A stretch of 64,000 nt of DNA, taken from positions 496,001 through 560,000 of the forward strand of contig MU008159.1 in assembly GCA_010909165.1 (NCBI GenBank), given 5' to 3'. A model generated the notes under the pieces. It had not been told where the DNA came from. It searched no databases and was given only the letters and a program-made list of their open reading frames with translations. Shown here one piece after another: positions 54,021-64,000 of this stretch. Position numbers and translations under genes: made by a program. The number at the start of each line of letters is the position of its first letter. Position 1 is the stretch's first letter. This DNA comes from Anthoceros angustus. Lineage: Eukaryota > Plantae > Anthocerotophyta.

Positions 54021-55762
54021 ATGGAGGGATGGCGCGTGCTTGTCAGGAGCGGGGTGCTGCAGAATGTGGACCCTGGCACGGCTGCTGGCTTCTTGACGGC
54101 GTCTCCGCCTGGTGGGTGCGAGATGCAGTGCTGGGAGCTGGGGATGGCTGCTGGGATGGGTTCTGAGGATTGCAGGCCTTGCAGGAGCGTACACCACCAC
54201 GCGGACGAGCGGTGGCGTGGTGCTGTTGTGGGAGAGGCACGTGGCCCGGCTGCTGCAGTCGGTGAGCCTGCTGGCGGACGAGGTGCCCGGTTTGTATCCT
54301 GGAGCACGGAGTTCTCCCGGGCTCGGTCCCGGAGCGATGTGGAAGAGCGCATTGGAGGGGTTGATAGACTCGTCTATGCGAGCTGGGATGGCCAGAGCTT
54401 GTGAATTGCGTGAGGACGGGGAGGAGGTTGCTGTCACAGTGCTAGCATGCGGTAGCGGGGTTGTTGGTGCCTCGGAGGTAGTGGTGAAGCTTGTTAGGCT
54501 AGGTGGCCTCCGCCATGATGTGTCGGGCTCATTGTGTGGAGCTGCTTCCTGTGTTGTCGCAGAAGATGATGTATTGCAATTCCGATTGCTCGGTGCATTT
54601 CTCCAAGTACAGGCCAGCGCTGCCAACACCTCCTGCAGTGCGGGTAGCTGTCATGGGTCCAGGGAGATCCATCCCGCATGCAAAATTCTCGGCGTGGGTC
54701 AGGCAGGCAATTTTTTTTCTGGATTTGGATTCCTGCCGCCCTGGTGACTGGTTTGAAGGTCTTAGACTTGAGTCACTGTCTACTACTCCAGGGATCGACA
54801 GGTTTTAGAGCAGGCTCGGCCTCAGGATGTTTCCGAGATAGTGTTGTCAAATGATGGGGATATGCTGTTGGAGGGGTCTATCACCAACTTCTTCGTTGTG
54901 GCCTCGTAAGGACTGCAGTTTAGCTCTCTGCTGGACCCCTCTCTTTCTTTGGGAGCTGTTATCTTGTTGCCCATGTATTTGACAGTTGCCGCAGCTGCAT
55001 TATTGTGTATGATGCAGCTTTTGGTGGCAATATCAGGAGTGATGTGGAGCAAGGAGTGGAGTCGAAGTGGGCCGGTATGGAGGTTCAGACGGCGCCTCTG
55101 GATTCTGGTGTACTGCCTGGTGTCGTCAGGCAGCAGATAATTGAGTGAGTCAGGACATAATTCGTTGAAATCCAGCTGTTGTGGAATCACCCTATGGCAA
55201 GCTCAGCAAAGTAAGCAGATTTCTTTTCTTCCAGGATTTGCCAGACTGAGGGCATCCCACTGCGGGAGGTGCCTCCGTCATGGAGTAAGCGGGATACATG
55301 GGTCGAGGCTTTTATCACCAGTGAGTGACCTGAGCTGGGATGGTGGTGCCTATTTTGGTTACGGACTGACTGTTCTCTGCAGGCAGCCTCAGACTTGTTC
55401 AGCCAGTGATGTCTGTTGTGCATCCCGTGTCTTGGAACGTCGGCTCTGACTTCTGGAGCAGGACAGATTGGCATAGTCATCATCTACAGGTACTTGAGGA
55501 AAGCTTTCTCAAATTTGTTTCGTTAACTCAGTCACATGGAGCAAAACCGCATGTCTCACTGCGAATCATGCTCTTGTAGGGTGATGGGCGGCTTTCGAGA
55601 GAGTTCTATGTAAGATGCCCAGCTTTCTCTCTCCAGATGTGGCATGCCTTTGACTAGTCTCTCTCTGAAGAGCGCCATTTCTTACAGTAGTCCCATCTCT
55701 TATAGGCGTTGGTGCTAGCTTATGCTCAGAGGAACGGGCTCCCAGTTTCAAGTTTCTTGTGA
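54021..55762 (+). CDS. Class-IV (D-amino-acid aminotransferase-like) PLP-dependent enzyme, ~9 exons
   Basis: Exons approx. 54021-54111, 54185-54477, 54563-54702, 54792-54905, 55018-55144, 55235-55320, 55383-55489, 55580-55609 and 55706-55762. They give GAYTTTRT, LWERHVARL, GRSIPHAKFSAWVR, LSNDGDMLLEGSITNFFVV, QTAPLDSGVLPGVVR and EAFITSSLR. Confidence 0.82.
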
Positions 55763-55927
55763 AGGATGTATGGTAAGCCTTGCCAGAATTTCTGCTGCTC
55801 TGCAGATCTCGTCTCGTGAGTTTAACATGCTTTCAAATGTCCCGCTTGCACGTGACATGATCCTGACCAAATGCCATACCATCTTTGTATAATTTTCAGA
55901 AATCTGGACAAACTTGATGTGGGCTTC

Positions 55928-58171
55928 TCAATAGAGAGATTGCTCTCCGATGACTAGTCCAGGTGTGGTAAAATCTCCTTGTTTCTCCATTTTGGAAATA
56001 AGTTGATTTAGCATTGCATACAAAGCTTCAGTCTCGGGATGCGTCCTATCCCCTACCACAAAAGTATGTACCAGTCCATTCATGTCTGTCCACCAACTCT
56101 GGCCTGGGGCCTTCCACGCCCCGATCGCTGTTCTCCTCAACTGCATCTCTTCTGCCTGGTCCCACATGTCGACAGCATTGTATATGTTTGACATCAAAAC
56201 ATAGGCGGCCTCATCCTTCTCATCTAGCTTCACTGCTTCTTCAAAAGCATGGCGTCCAACCTCCACGTTGCTCCATTTTCGACAAGCACCCAGCAGAGCG
56301 TGCCAAACCGCAGCGATGGGCGGTACAGGCATCGTCTTTACCACAGCTAGGGCCTCATCCAGTTGGCCCGCACGAGCCAAGAGGTCCACCATGCATGTGT
56401 AGTGCTCAACGGTGGGAGAAATGCCATGGTGTTTGCTCATAGCATCAAAGTGCTCTTGCCCCTTGTTTACTAGACCTGCATGACTGCATAGTGTGAGTAC
56501 ACTAAGGAATGTGAGGCCGCTTGGCTGTATGCCATCCTCTCTCATTCTGTGAAACAAGTCGAAGACCTCTTCGTCGTCTCCTTGACGGCTGTAGCCCGCA
56601 ATCAGTGCATTCCAGGCCACAACATCTCTTTTGGGCATCGCGTCAAACACTTGCTGTGCGTCCACCATGCTCCCAGACTTTGCATACATGTTTATCAAAC
56701 TGCCGGCTAAAAGCACATCAGCCTCGAGACCTTGTTCTTTTATGTGCGAGTGCAGCTCCCTCCCAAGCTCCAACGCTGCCACATTAGCACATGCCTGCAG
56801 AAGGCACACAAATGTCCCAGAATTCGGCGCAAAGATGCCTTCTTCTTGCATAGACCTGTATATACGAAGCGCTTCCTGCCCCATTCCCTGCTGGGAGTAC
56901 GCTGCAATCATGGCATTCCACATCACCAAATCTTTGTGAGCATGGCCGTCAAACAAACTCTCGGCATCTTCCAAGCTGCCACACTTTGCATACCCTGCAA
57001 GCAGTGCGGTCCATGTGGCCACATTCTTATGACCAAGTCCGTCAAACACCCTCTGAGCGTCTTCCAAGCTGCCACACTTCGCATACATGTTCACTAGGCT
57101 GGTGTTTACTTTCACATCACTCTGAAACCCTCGTTCTCCAATCTGTAGATGAAGCTGTCTTCCAGTCTCCAGGGCAGGGGCACCCACACTTGCACATGCC
57201 TGCAGAAGAGACACGAAAGTAACAGAGTCCGGTACAGCCATGCCTTCTTGCTGCATAACACTGTGCAGAAGCAGAGCTTCCTGACCCATGCCCTGCTGGG
57301 CATATCCTGCAATCAGAGCTGTCCAAGTCACCACATCCTTCCGAGCAAGGCCGTCAAACACTCTTCGAGCCTCGTCCAAGTTGCCACACTTTGCATACAT
57401 GTCCACCAGGCCATTACAGACAAACATATCGGGTCGGACTCCACTGGCCAGCACATCAGCGTGCACCTGCTGCCCAGTTTCGAAGTCTCTTGCCCTTGCA
57501 CAAGCCTGAAGGGCTGCTGCAAAGACATGCCCATCTGGCTTCACACTGGACCTGCGCATCTGAAGATACAGCTCTATGGCCTCCTTATCTTGGTTGTGTT
57601 TAACATGTGCAGAGATTATTGAGGACCACGTGAAGGCATCCGGTTGGGCAGTCAGGGTGAACACCTCCCTCGCTTCTTCCAATCTGCCATGAGCAGCATA
57701 CATCCGCAGGATGTGATTGCACAAGAACGTGTCCGACTCGTATCCCCCTTTCAAAATGAGAGCATGCACACGGCGGCCCAGACACAAATCCCTGTGAAGC
57801 CCACATTTTTTCAGCACAGCATACAATAGAGACTGCGATATACAGGAGTCCCCAGTCTGCACCAGAAGCCCCAGGCCCTCGACAGCCTGACCGACCTGCC
57901 CCAGCTCACATAGCTTCCTCACCGTGTCAGCCGTTAAACCCCTTCCCCTTTCGTATCCTGCAAGCCTGCAACGGCCGCGTTCAACATCATCCAGCACAAC
58001 GCTCCAGTTGGATGTAGAACAACTGCAATCCGACCTTCTACCCTGGTGTCTCTTCTCCCACCCATTCAACGCCAGCCACTGCCGTGACGTCAATGGACTG
58101 TTGTAGCGTGGAGATGGATGGCCCCTAGTAGCAACAAGATTCCAGGAACCCAGTAACCAAGATTCGTCCAT
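55928..58171 (-). CDS. PLS-class PPR protein, E+ subclass, 747 aa
   Basis: PLS motifs, HYTCMVDLLARAG, PG box WKAPGQSWWTD, then VHTFVVGDRTHPE; no DYW catalytic motif. Confidence 0.92.
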   Translation of the reverse strand: MDESWLLGSWNLVATRGHPSPRYNSPLTSRQWLALNGWEKRHQGRRSDCSCSTSNWSVVLDDVERGRCRLAGYERGRGLTADTVRKLCELGQVGQAVEGLGLLVQTGDSCISQSLLYAVLKKCGLHRDLCLGRRVHALILKGGYESDTFLCNHILRMYAAHGRLEEAREVFTLTAQPDAFTWSSIISAHVKHNQDKEAIELYLQMRRSSVKPDGHVFAAALQACARARDFETGQQVHADVLASGVRPDMFVCNGLVDMYAKCGNLDEARRVFDGLARKDVVTWTALIAGYAQQGMGQEALLLHSVMQQEGMAVPDSVTFVSLLQACASVGAPALETGRQLHLQIGERGFQSDVKVNTSLVNMYAKCGSLEDAQRVFDGLGHKNVATWTALLAGYAKCGSLEDAESLFDGHAHKDLVMWNAMIAAYSQQGMGQEALRIYRSMQEEGIFAPNSGTFVCLLQACANVAALELGRELHSHIKEQGLEADVLLAGSLINMYAKSGSMVDAQQVFDAMPKRDVVAWNALIAGYSRQGDDEEVFDLFHRMREDGIQPSGLTFLSVLTLCSHAGLVNKGQEHFDAMSKHHGISPTVEHYTCMVDLLARAGQLDEALAVVKTMPVPPIAAVWHALLGACRKWSNVEVGRHAFEEAVKLDEKDEAAYVLMSNIYNAVDMWDQAEEMQLRRTAIGAWKAPGQSWWTDMNGLVHTFVVGDRTHPETEALYAMLNQLISKMEKQGDFTTPGLVIGEQSLY

Positions 58172-58844
58172 GGACGGCGGGTGCGAGCATTGTTGTTGCC
58201 CTACACGCTATTCAGCGGCATTGCTATCATCCCAGGCGAGGTGTTGACGCTTGGAGATGCCGGTGAATCAGATCTTTCACTGCCATGGTTGGTGCTTATC
58301 GTGGGCGGTTGGGCACAATTGGTTGCCTCCATAGCAGTAAACAAATGACGGCCACGGCCGGGGGTTTGCGACATCACTGCCAATCCGCATCTTGTGAAGG
58401 AGGCGCCAGTCAAGGCTGCCAGCGTCCGCAGACAAAGAGTGTGGCTGCAACAGGAAGTGAAATCGCCTGGTCGTGATTCTTTACGACGAAAATCCCGATT
58501 GAAACGGCACATTTCGAACTATGCAGTGAAATCGGCGCAGTATCTCACCACCTGTGCATCTCGCAATGCATCGTGACAAGCAGAGGCTCTTGCTGAGCAG
58601 ACTACACGACCCGACTCGAGTTGCAAAAACCTGCACATGACAGATGTTAGATGACTTTAAACACTGCAACAGAAGCAAGAAGAAGACTCCCAAGCTGGAG
58701 GGAGGAAAACTTACGAGGGCACCAACCATCAAGGACTAGCCGGCGGTGCCGAGGGCAGGTACGAAAGAGAGATCTTGGTGGTTACAGCTCTCTGTCTACC
58801 AGATTCCCTTCATGGTATACATCATGGAGCCTTCGTGGGAGCTG

Positions 58845-61139
58845 CTAGCCTGCGCATGCTTTGATGATTTTGATGAACGCTGTGCTGTTGGGTAGCCAGT
58901 CTTCCAGCTCCATCTTGCGGAAGAGTGTCAAGGCCTCGTCGTGCTTGCCTTGTTGGACGTAGCTTGTGATGAGAGAGCTCCAGGACACCGAATCTCGATT
59001 GGGCATGTTGTCAAACACTTGGCGAGCACTCTCCAGAGACCCACATCTAGCATACATGTCCACAAGGGAGTTCCCAATGTAAAGGTTGGATGCCGACCCG
59101 CTTTTGATGATGTCTGCGTGAACCTGCTTCCCGTATTCCAATGAATCTGGAGTGGAACACGACTTGAGGGCGCTTAGAAAAGTGGCTATGTTTGGAACAA
59201 CGCCTTCTTCCTGCATCCTGGGAAACAAGGCATGGGCCTCCTCTTCTTGCCCATGTTCCACACAAGCTGACATCATTGCCGTCCAAGAGACTACATCCCG
59301 TTTTTCCATCTGATCGAACACGTCACGTGCATCGGCTAAGCTGCCACACTTGGAATACACTGTCACAAGGGTGTTCTCCAGAAACAAGTCGGGTAATATG
59401 GCACCTTCTTTGATCTTGGCGTGGATAGACTTCACCTGTTCTAGACCTGCATCACCAGAACATCCTTTGAGAAGCGTGGCATACGTGTATATATCTGGCT
59501 CTACACCCTCTCGTCCCATTCGGTCAAAGAGTTCACGAGCTTCCTCGTCACGCCCAGCCTCCATATACCCTGCCAGCATTGCATTCCATGTCACCACGTT
59601 CCCTTTGCTGGATCTGTCGAAGACCTGGACGGCATCAGCAATGCTCCCGCATTTGGCATACATGGCAACCAGGGTATTCTGCACAACCGCGTCTGACTCG
59701 TACGGCCCTCCCTTAATCAGGGCGTGCAGCTGCTTGACCCTCTCCAAATGTTCTGGACTAGCACACGCTTTGAGAACACTGGCAAACGTGAGATTATCTG
59801 GCTTCAAGCCCTCCCGTTGAAGCTGATCAAACAACTCGAGAGCCTTCTGGCTCTGGCCATGATGGACATAGGCAAAAATCATGGCCGTCCATGTCACGAC
59901 ATCACCATTTTGCACCTGCTCAAACACCTCGAGAGCATCAGCCAGGCTCCCACACTTGGCATACATGTCAATAAGAGCGCTCCTCACAAAATCATTGGAC
60001 TCATATCCACCCCTCCCAGCAAGCTTGTGAATAATCCTGCCCTCTGACAAGTTGGGCGGGGTCGCACACGCTCTCAAAGCACCAACGAAGGTAACCGCAT
60101 CCGGCTGCACCTTGCTGCCTCCTCTTTGCATAGCATGGAACAACTGGAGAGCCTCCTCACCCTGTCCATGCTGAGAATATCCCCCAATGATTGCATTCCA
60201 CAAAACCAAGTCTCGTTCTTCCAACTCGTCAAAAACCCGGCGGGCCTCCTCCAGCTTCCCACATTTCGCATACATGTCCACCAGGGCAGTTCGAACAAAC
60301 AAATCCGCCTTGTACCTGCTTTTGCCAACGTACTCATGAATCAGCTGGCCCTGCTTCACATCAGACGGAGTATGACACCCCTTGAGCACACTCACCAGAG
60401 TCAAGGCATTCGGGCTCACTCCCCCTTCCTGCATCTTCCCAAACAGAGAGACAGCCGTGTCCCCATGCCCGTGCTGTGCATACCCCGCGATCAGTGCAGT
60501 CCACGAAACCACATCCCGTGCCGCCAACCCATCAAACACCCGCCGAGCCTCCTGCAACGCACCACATTTCGCATACATATCCACCAAGGTGTTCCCCACA
60601 AACACATCCGACTCAAACCCCTCCTCCTTAACCGTAGCATGGATCTTCTTCCCCTCCTCCAAAGCCGTCAGGCTGGTACAAGCTCTGATTGAGCTCACAT
60701 AAGTGTAGCTGTCCGGCTGCACTCCCTCCTGCTTCATCCTCCCAAACAACTTCAAAGCCTCTCCACCCCGCTTCTCCTGAACATACCCGGAAATAATCGC
60801 CGTCCACGAGAAAGTATTCCTCACAGCCATCCCATCGAATACCGCACGAGCATCCCCCAAGCTCCCACACACCGCATACATCCGCACAAGATTGCTCTGC
60901 AAAAACATGTTGCCCCCATACCCATCCTTCAAAATCAGGGCATGCACTTTCTTCCCCCGAACCAAATCCTTCCTTCTGATACATTCCTGCAGAAGCCGAA
61001 GAAACAGCTTCACGGAAACCCGAATTCCCTCCTTCCTCGACCCCTCCACTGCCTCAACCGCCTCCTTCAGCTGCCCTTTCTTGCACAGCTGGCTGCACGC
61101 ACGCAAACAATATGAACCTCCATGAGCAGCCTGCAGCAA
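58845..61139 (-). CDS. PLS-class PPR protein without E/DYW extension (5' exon unresolved)
   Basis: ~7 PLS triplets ending in an L motif (KACAG*). The ORF lacks an ATG at its 5' end; TTGCTGCAG|GCT at ~61130 looks like an acceptor. Confidence 0.85.
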   Translation of the reverse strand: MLQAAHGGSYCLRACSQLCKKGQLKEAVEAVEGSRKEGIRVSVKLFLRLLQECIRRKDLVRGKKVHALILKDGYGGNMFLQSNLVRMYAVCGSLGDARAVFDGMAVRNTFSWTAIISGYVQEKRGGEALKLFGRMKQEGVQPDSYTYVSSIRACTSLTALEEGKKIHATVKEEGFESDVFVGNTLVDMYAKCGALQEARRVFDGLAARDVVSWTALIAGYAQHGHGDTAVSLFGKMQEGGVSPNALTLVSVLKGCHTPSDVKQGQLIHEYVGKSRYKADLFVRTALVDMYAKCGKLEEARRVFDELEERDLVLWNAIIGGYSQHGQGEEALQLFHAMQRGGSKVQPDAVTFVGALRACATPPNLSEGRIIHKLAGRGGYESNDFVRSALIDMYAKCGSLADALEVFEQVQNGDVVTWTAMIFAYVHHGQSQKALELFDQLQREGLKPDNLTFASVLKACASPEHLERVKQLHALIKGGPYESDAVVQNTLVAMYAKCGSIADAVQVFDRSSKGNVVTWNAMLAGYMEAGRDEEARELFDRMGREGVEPDIYTYATLLKGCSGDAGLEQVKSIHAKIKEGAILPDLFLENTLVTVYSKCGSLADARDVFDQMEKRDVVSWTAMMSACVEHGQEEEAHALFPRMQEEGVVPNIATFLSALKSCSTPDSLEYGKQVHADIIKSGSASNLYIGNSLVDMYARCGSLESARQVFDNMPNRDSVSWSSLITSYVQQGKHDEALTLFRKMELEDWLPNSTAFIKIIKACAG

Positions 61140-61944
61140 GCCCCATCCCTCCCAAAATCAGCGAATGCCAATCCCCCGTGCCACCCACAAACCCGATCAC
61201 ATAATCCTGAGACGCCGGCCTCGCACCCTGCCCGAGAGCAGCGACCGCTCCCCCGCCCTCCGCACCCGCCGCCACCCAAGAAGCGGGAAGCTTCCAGGCA
61301 ACTCCCACCCGCGCCTGCCCCGCGCGCGACGCATTCCAGACCATCCCCCGCTCCATCGCCCCAACCCCCCGCAGCCCCAAGCCCAGGACATCACCACGCC
61401 CACCAAACCCAACCCTGGTTCCATCCTAACCCGAGTTCCAACTTCCAACCCGCCGGCCAGGTCACAAACCGGGTACAACATTCACAATACATATCACATA
61501 ATATGTACATATGTACATATTTACATATTATTGTACAAGAGGGTCAACCGGGTGACCGTTGGCGTGCCCAGGGATTTGAAAAAGGGGGGGAACTTGTGGA
61601 CGCTAGGGCTTCCGGAAGGAAGTCTTTCGGGGGGAAAGAAGGCGCGGCTGCGGCGGAACTGGGATCGGGAAAGAGAGCGGAAAGATGGGAGAACCGGTCG
61701 TGAGCGCAACAGAGAGTCCTTCCGTGCCTGTGCCGAATCCGGGGCGGGAGGCAGCAGATTGCGCAAGCAGCGAGCAGGGAGGGACAGGGTGTTCGGCCGC
61801 GGGCTGGACCGGGTCGTCGGATTGCGTCATCGGCGCCGCTGCATGCTCAGGCTGAGGTGCGGGAGGGAGCAGAATGCCTGAGAAGAGGAGGCCGGCAGGC
61901 GGGTGAAAGGAGCAGAGGCGAGGAGGAAGGAGGAAGGACCAAAT

Positions 61945-63825
61945 ATGAGGCAGAAGATTATGCTGAACGAGTACGAGCAGGCCAGGATCAAGAGAATCGA
62001 GGAGAACAAGAGGAAATTGCAGGAGCTCGGCCTGGAGAACGCGGCGGAGGAGGCTGTGAAGGCTAAGAAGATCAAGCCCGCCAGGCCTCAGGTATTGGCA
62101 CTATACTTCGCCTTTCTTGCTGCCCGGGGTCGCCTTCTGCCGTGGCCTGGGAGAAGGTAGAAGGAGACGCCAATTCGAGTTCTGCGTGGTGACAGGTTCT
62201 CAAGGCCAGGGTGCCTAGCGGCGAAAGACGACGCTCCTCCAGGGTCGCGCTGCTGCCAACCTGCAACTATGAGGATGTGAGCGGCCATCTTTCTTTTCTT
62301 AGCGCGGCTCTCATTTCTAAATTGCGCTGTGCTTGGGGTTGGGGGATGACGGTCCTTGTGTGTTGGTGCAGAAGGAAAGTCTGGATCTTCGGGGATCTCG
62401 CAGAAGGTGAGCGGGCTCCTGCTTCCTGCTTGTTAGGCTCGTGTGTGTTGAGCTGAGCTGAGGAGGGGCATGGAATTCCGATTATGCAGTAGGTGTCTGG
62501 GAAGGAACCTGCGACGGGCGGCCCCCGGCCCTTCGCTCGCCGCCATGGACGGGGCTTGGGACGTTGCAGATGGCCTTGCATCTGGGAGATTTCCGTTCAC
62601 CGTGAAGCAGATGTTGAGATCGCATGTGACCGCAGGATTCTGGTTGGTGAGTCACCGTACTACCTTCTTCCCGTCCTCATTTTTGCGCCGTGTGTCTGTG
62701 TTTGCATGGGAGTCTGCAGCGCGCCTTCCAATGCCCGGAGACTCGTCCGTAGAGACATCTCAGACGCTGTCCGCGTCGCGGCGCTGAAGGCTGCGAGGGG
62801 TGTTGAGGCGTCCCTGGATCCTGCGCACCCGTCCATGTCTCGCGAGATGATGCCGTCTCACGTTTCCGGGTGTTTTTGGATGGTAAGTTGGGGGCTGGCG
62901 GGAGACAGTCCACCTGGGATCTGTTGTTTGCTGACTAAATGCTGCTGCGTCTTGGTTGCAGGGTTTGCCGAAGGGGTGGTGTCTTGAGCACCTCCCGGCC
63001 GAGACCACTGATTTGACGTTACAGGATGAAGACGGGAGGACGTGGGAGGCTCGGTATCTCCTTCACAAGAATGGGCTCAGCGGGGGATGGGGGGGATACG
63101 CTAAAGACCACGACCTTGAGGTTGGAGATGTAGTCACCTTCGAATTAGTGGAGCCAACGACGTTTCTGGTGAGCGGTCGGGCACACTAGGCCGACGGTCT
63201 GCTCTTATGCTTTTGCTTTTGTGCTTGCCTCCTAACCTGTCTTGCTCCGACTGTGGAGCAGATGCACATTGTTAGAGCAGCTGATCATGAGGCAGTCCAG
63301 GATAGCAAGACACAAGACAATCGAGGGAAACGAAATGAGAACTTCAAGTTGAAGCATCCGGTCAAGAAACAGGCAAAAGCAAGGGAGGACAGCGACGAGG
63401 AGGAGGATTGGGAGGAGGAGGAAGAGGATGGACGACCCGACAAGCTGGAACAACGGACTGTCAGAAGTACTGCCAAGGAAAGTAAGAAAGAGAAGCAGAA
63501 ACAACAGCCAAGGCAGGAAAAGAAAACAAAAGCTGGTGCCAAAGTAAGTAAGCAAGTGAAGCAGAAACAGCCATGGGCGACCAACAAGGATAGGAGGCAA
63601 GTGAATGTGCCAGTCCAGGAAAGCACTAACAAGAAGAGGGCGGCTTCCTCCCGCCTCCAACAACCAGCAGCTGCAGCCGGAGAGCAACCAAGGGTGAGTG
63701 AGGCTAATCCTGCCCGCAAGAGACCCAAGCCTACCGCAACAAGGAATCTCTCAAATTTTCTAAAGTCTAGAAAGCACGTCGCCACGACCAAAAAAGGGAG
63801 CAAAGTAGTAAGCAATCGCCAATAA
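61945..63825 (+). CDS. B3 DNA-binding domain protein (REM/VRN1-like group with N-terminal YE..R..RIEENK motif)
   Basis: Exons 61945-62091, 62196-62276, 62372-62406, [62490-62646 or 62720-62882], 62962-63168 and 63262-. Motifs: YEQARIKRIEENKRKLQELGL, RRSSRVA, KQMLRSHVTAGFWL|GLP, LQDEDG, GLSGGWGGYAKDHDLEVGDVVTFELVEPT. The 3' end may continue via another exon at ~63871. Confidence 0.82.
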
Positions 63826-64000
63826 ACCAAGCTTGTACAATTCAATACGTTTATGTTTGTCTTCCGGCAGGAAACGGTGCATGTAGGTACATCGCAACAT
63901 CAAGTGAGGTGCCAGCACTTGCTTCTTCACTGGCGTCTTCAGTCAAGACAAAACGTACAATTTTCCAACGTCTTCCTGAACGCTTTCCACTCCCATCTAG

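Noticed and set aside
49419-61125. Many plus-strand ORFs overlapping the PPR genes
   Set aside because: Antisense shadows of repetitive coding sequence.
61122-61881. Long Pro/Arg-rich ORFs (193 and 238 aa)
   Set aside because: Low-complexity GC-rich promoter/UTR sequence between divergent genes.

Overview
Eukaryotic nuclear DNA from a land plant. The WW-type PG boxes in the PLS-PPR genes, short introns and dense GC-rich genes suggest a seed-free plant, probably a hornwort (inference). There are three zones. (1) 1-8.4 kb is AT-rich and holds a six-exon RNase III + dsRBD (RTL-type) gene, then a decayed minus-strand CRE-clade non-LTR retrotransposon interrupted by a 2.1-kb hAT-like TIR element. 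(2) About 8.45-47.9 kb is a ~39-kb head-to-tail array of a ~3.9-4.0-kb mosaic unit: an intronless F-box gene on the minus strand, ~160-bp TATA-bearing repeats, an AT-rich block, a Ty3/gypsy integrase fragment and an unassigned segment. It has 8 near-full F-box copies plus partials. The array appears to sit inside the CRE element, and most of its frameshifts are CWG->CG single-base losses that look like long-read errors at methylated sites. (3) 49-64 kb is gene-dense: two paralogous PLS-E(+) PPR genes (one with a near-perfect 624-bp internal duplication), a class-IV aminotransferase-like gene, a PLS-only PPR gene, and a B3-domain gene with an apparent pair of mutually exclusive exons inside the B3 domain. 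Gene models were read by eye; no database searches were run.
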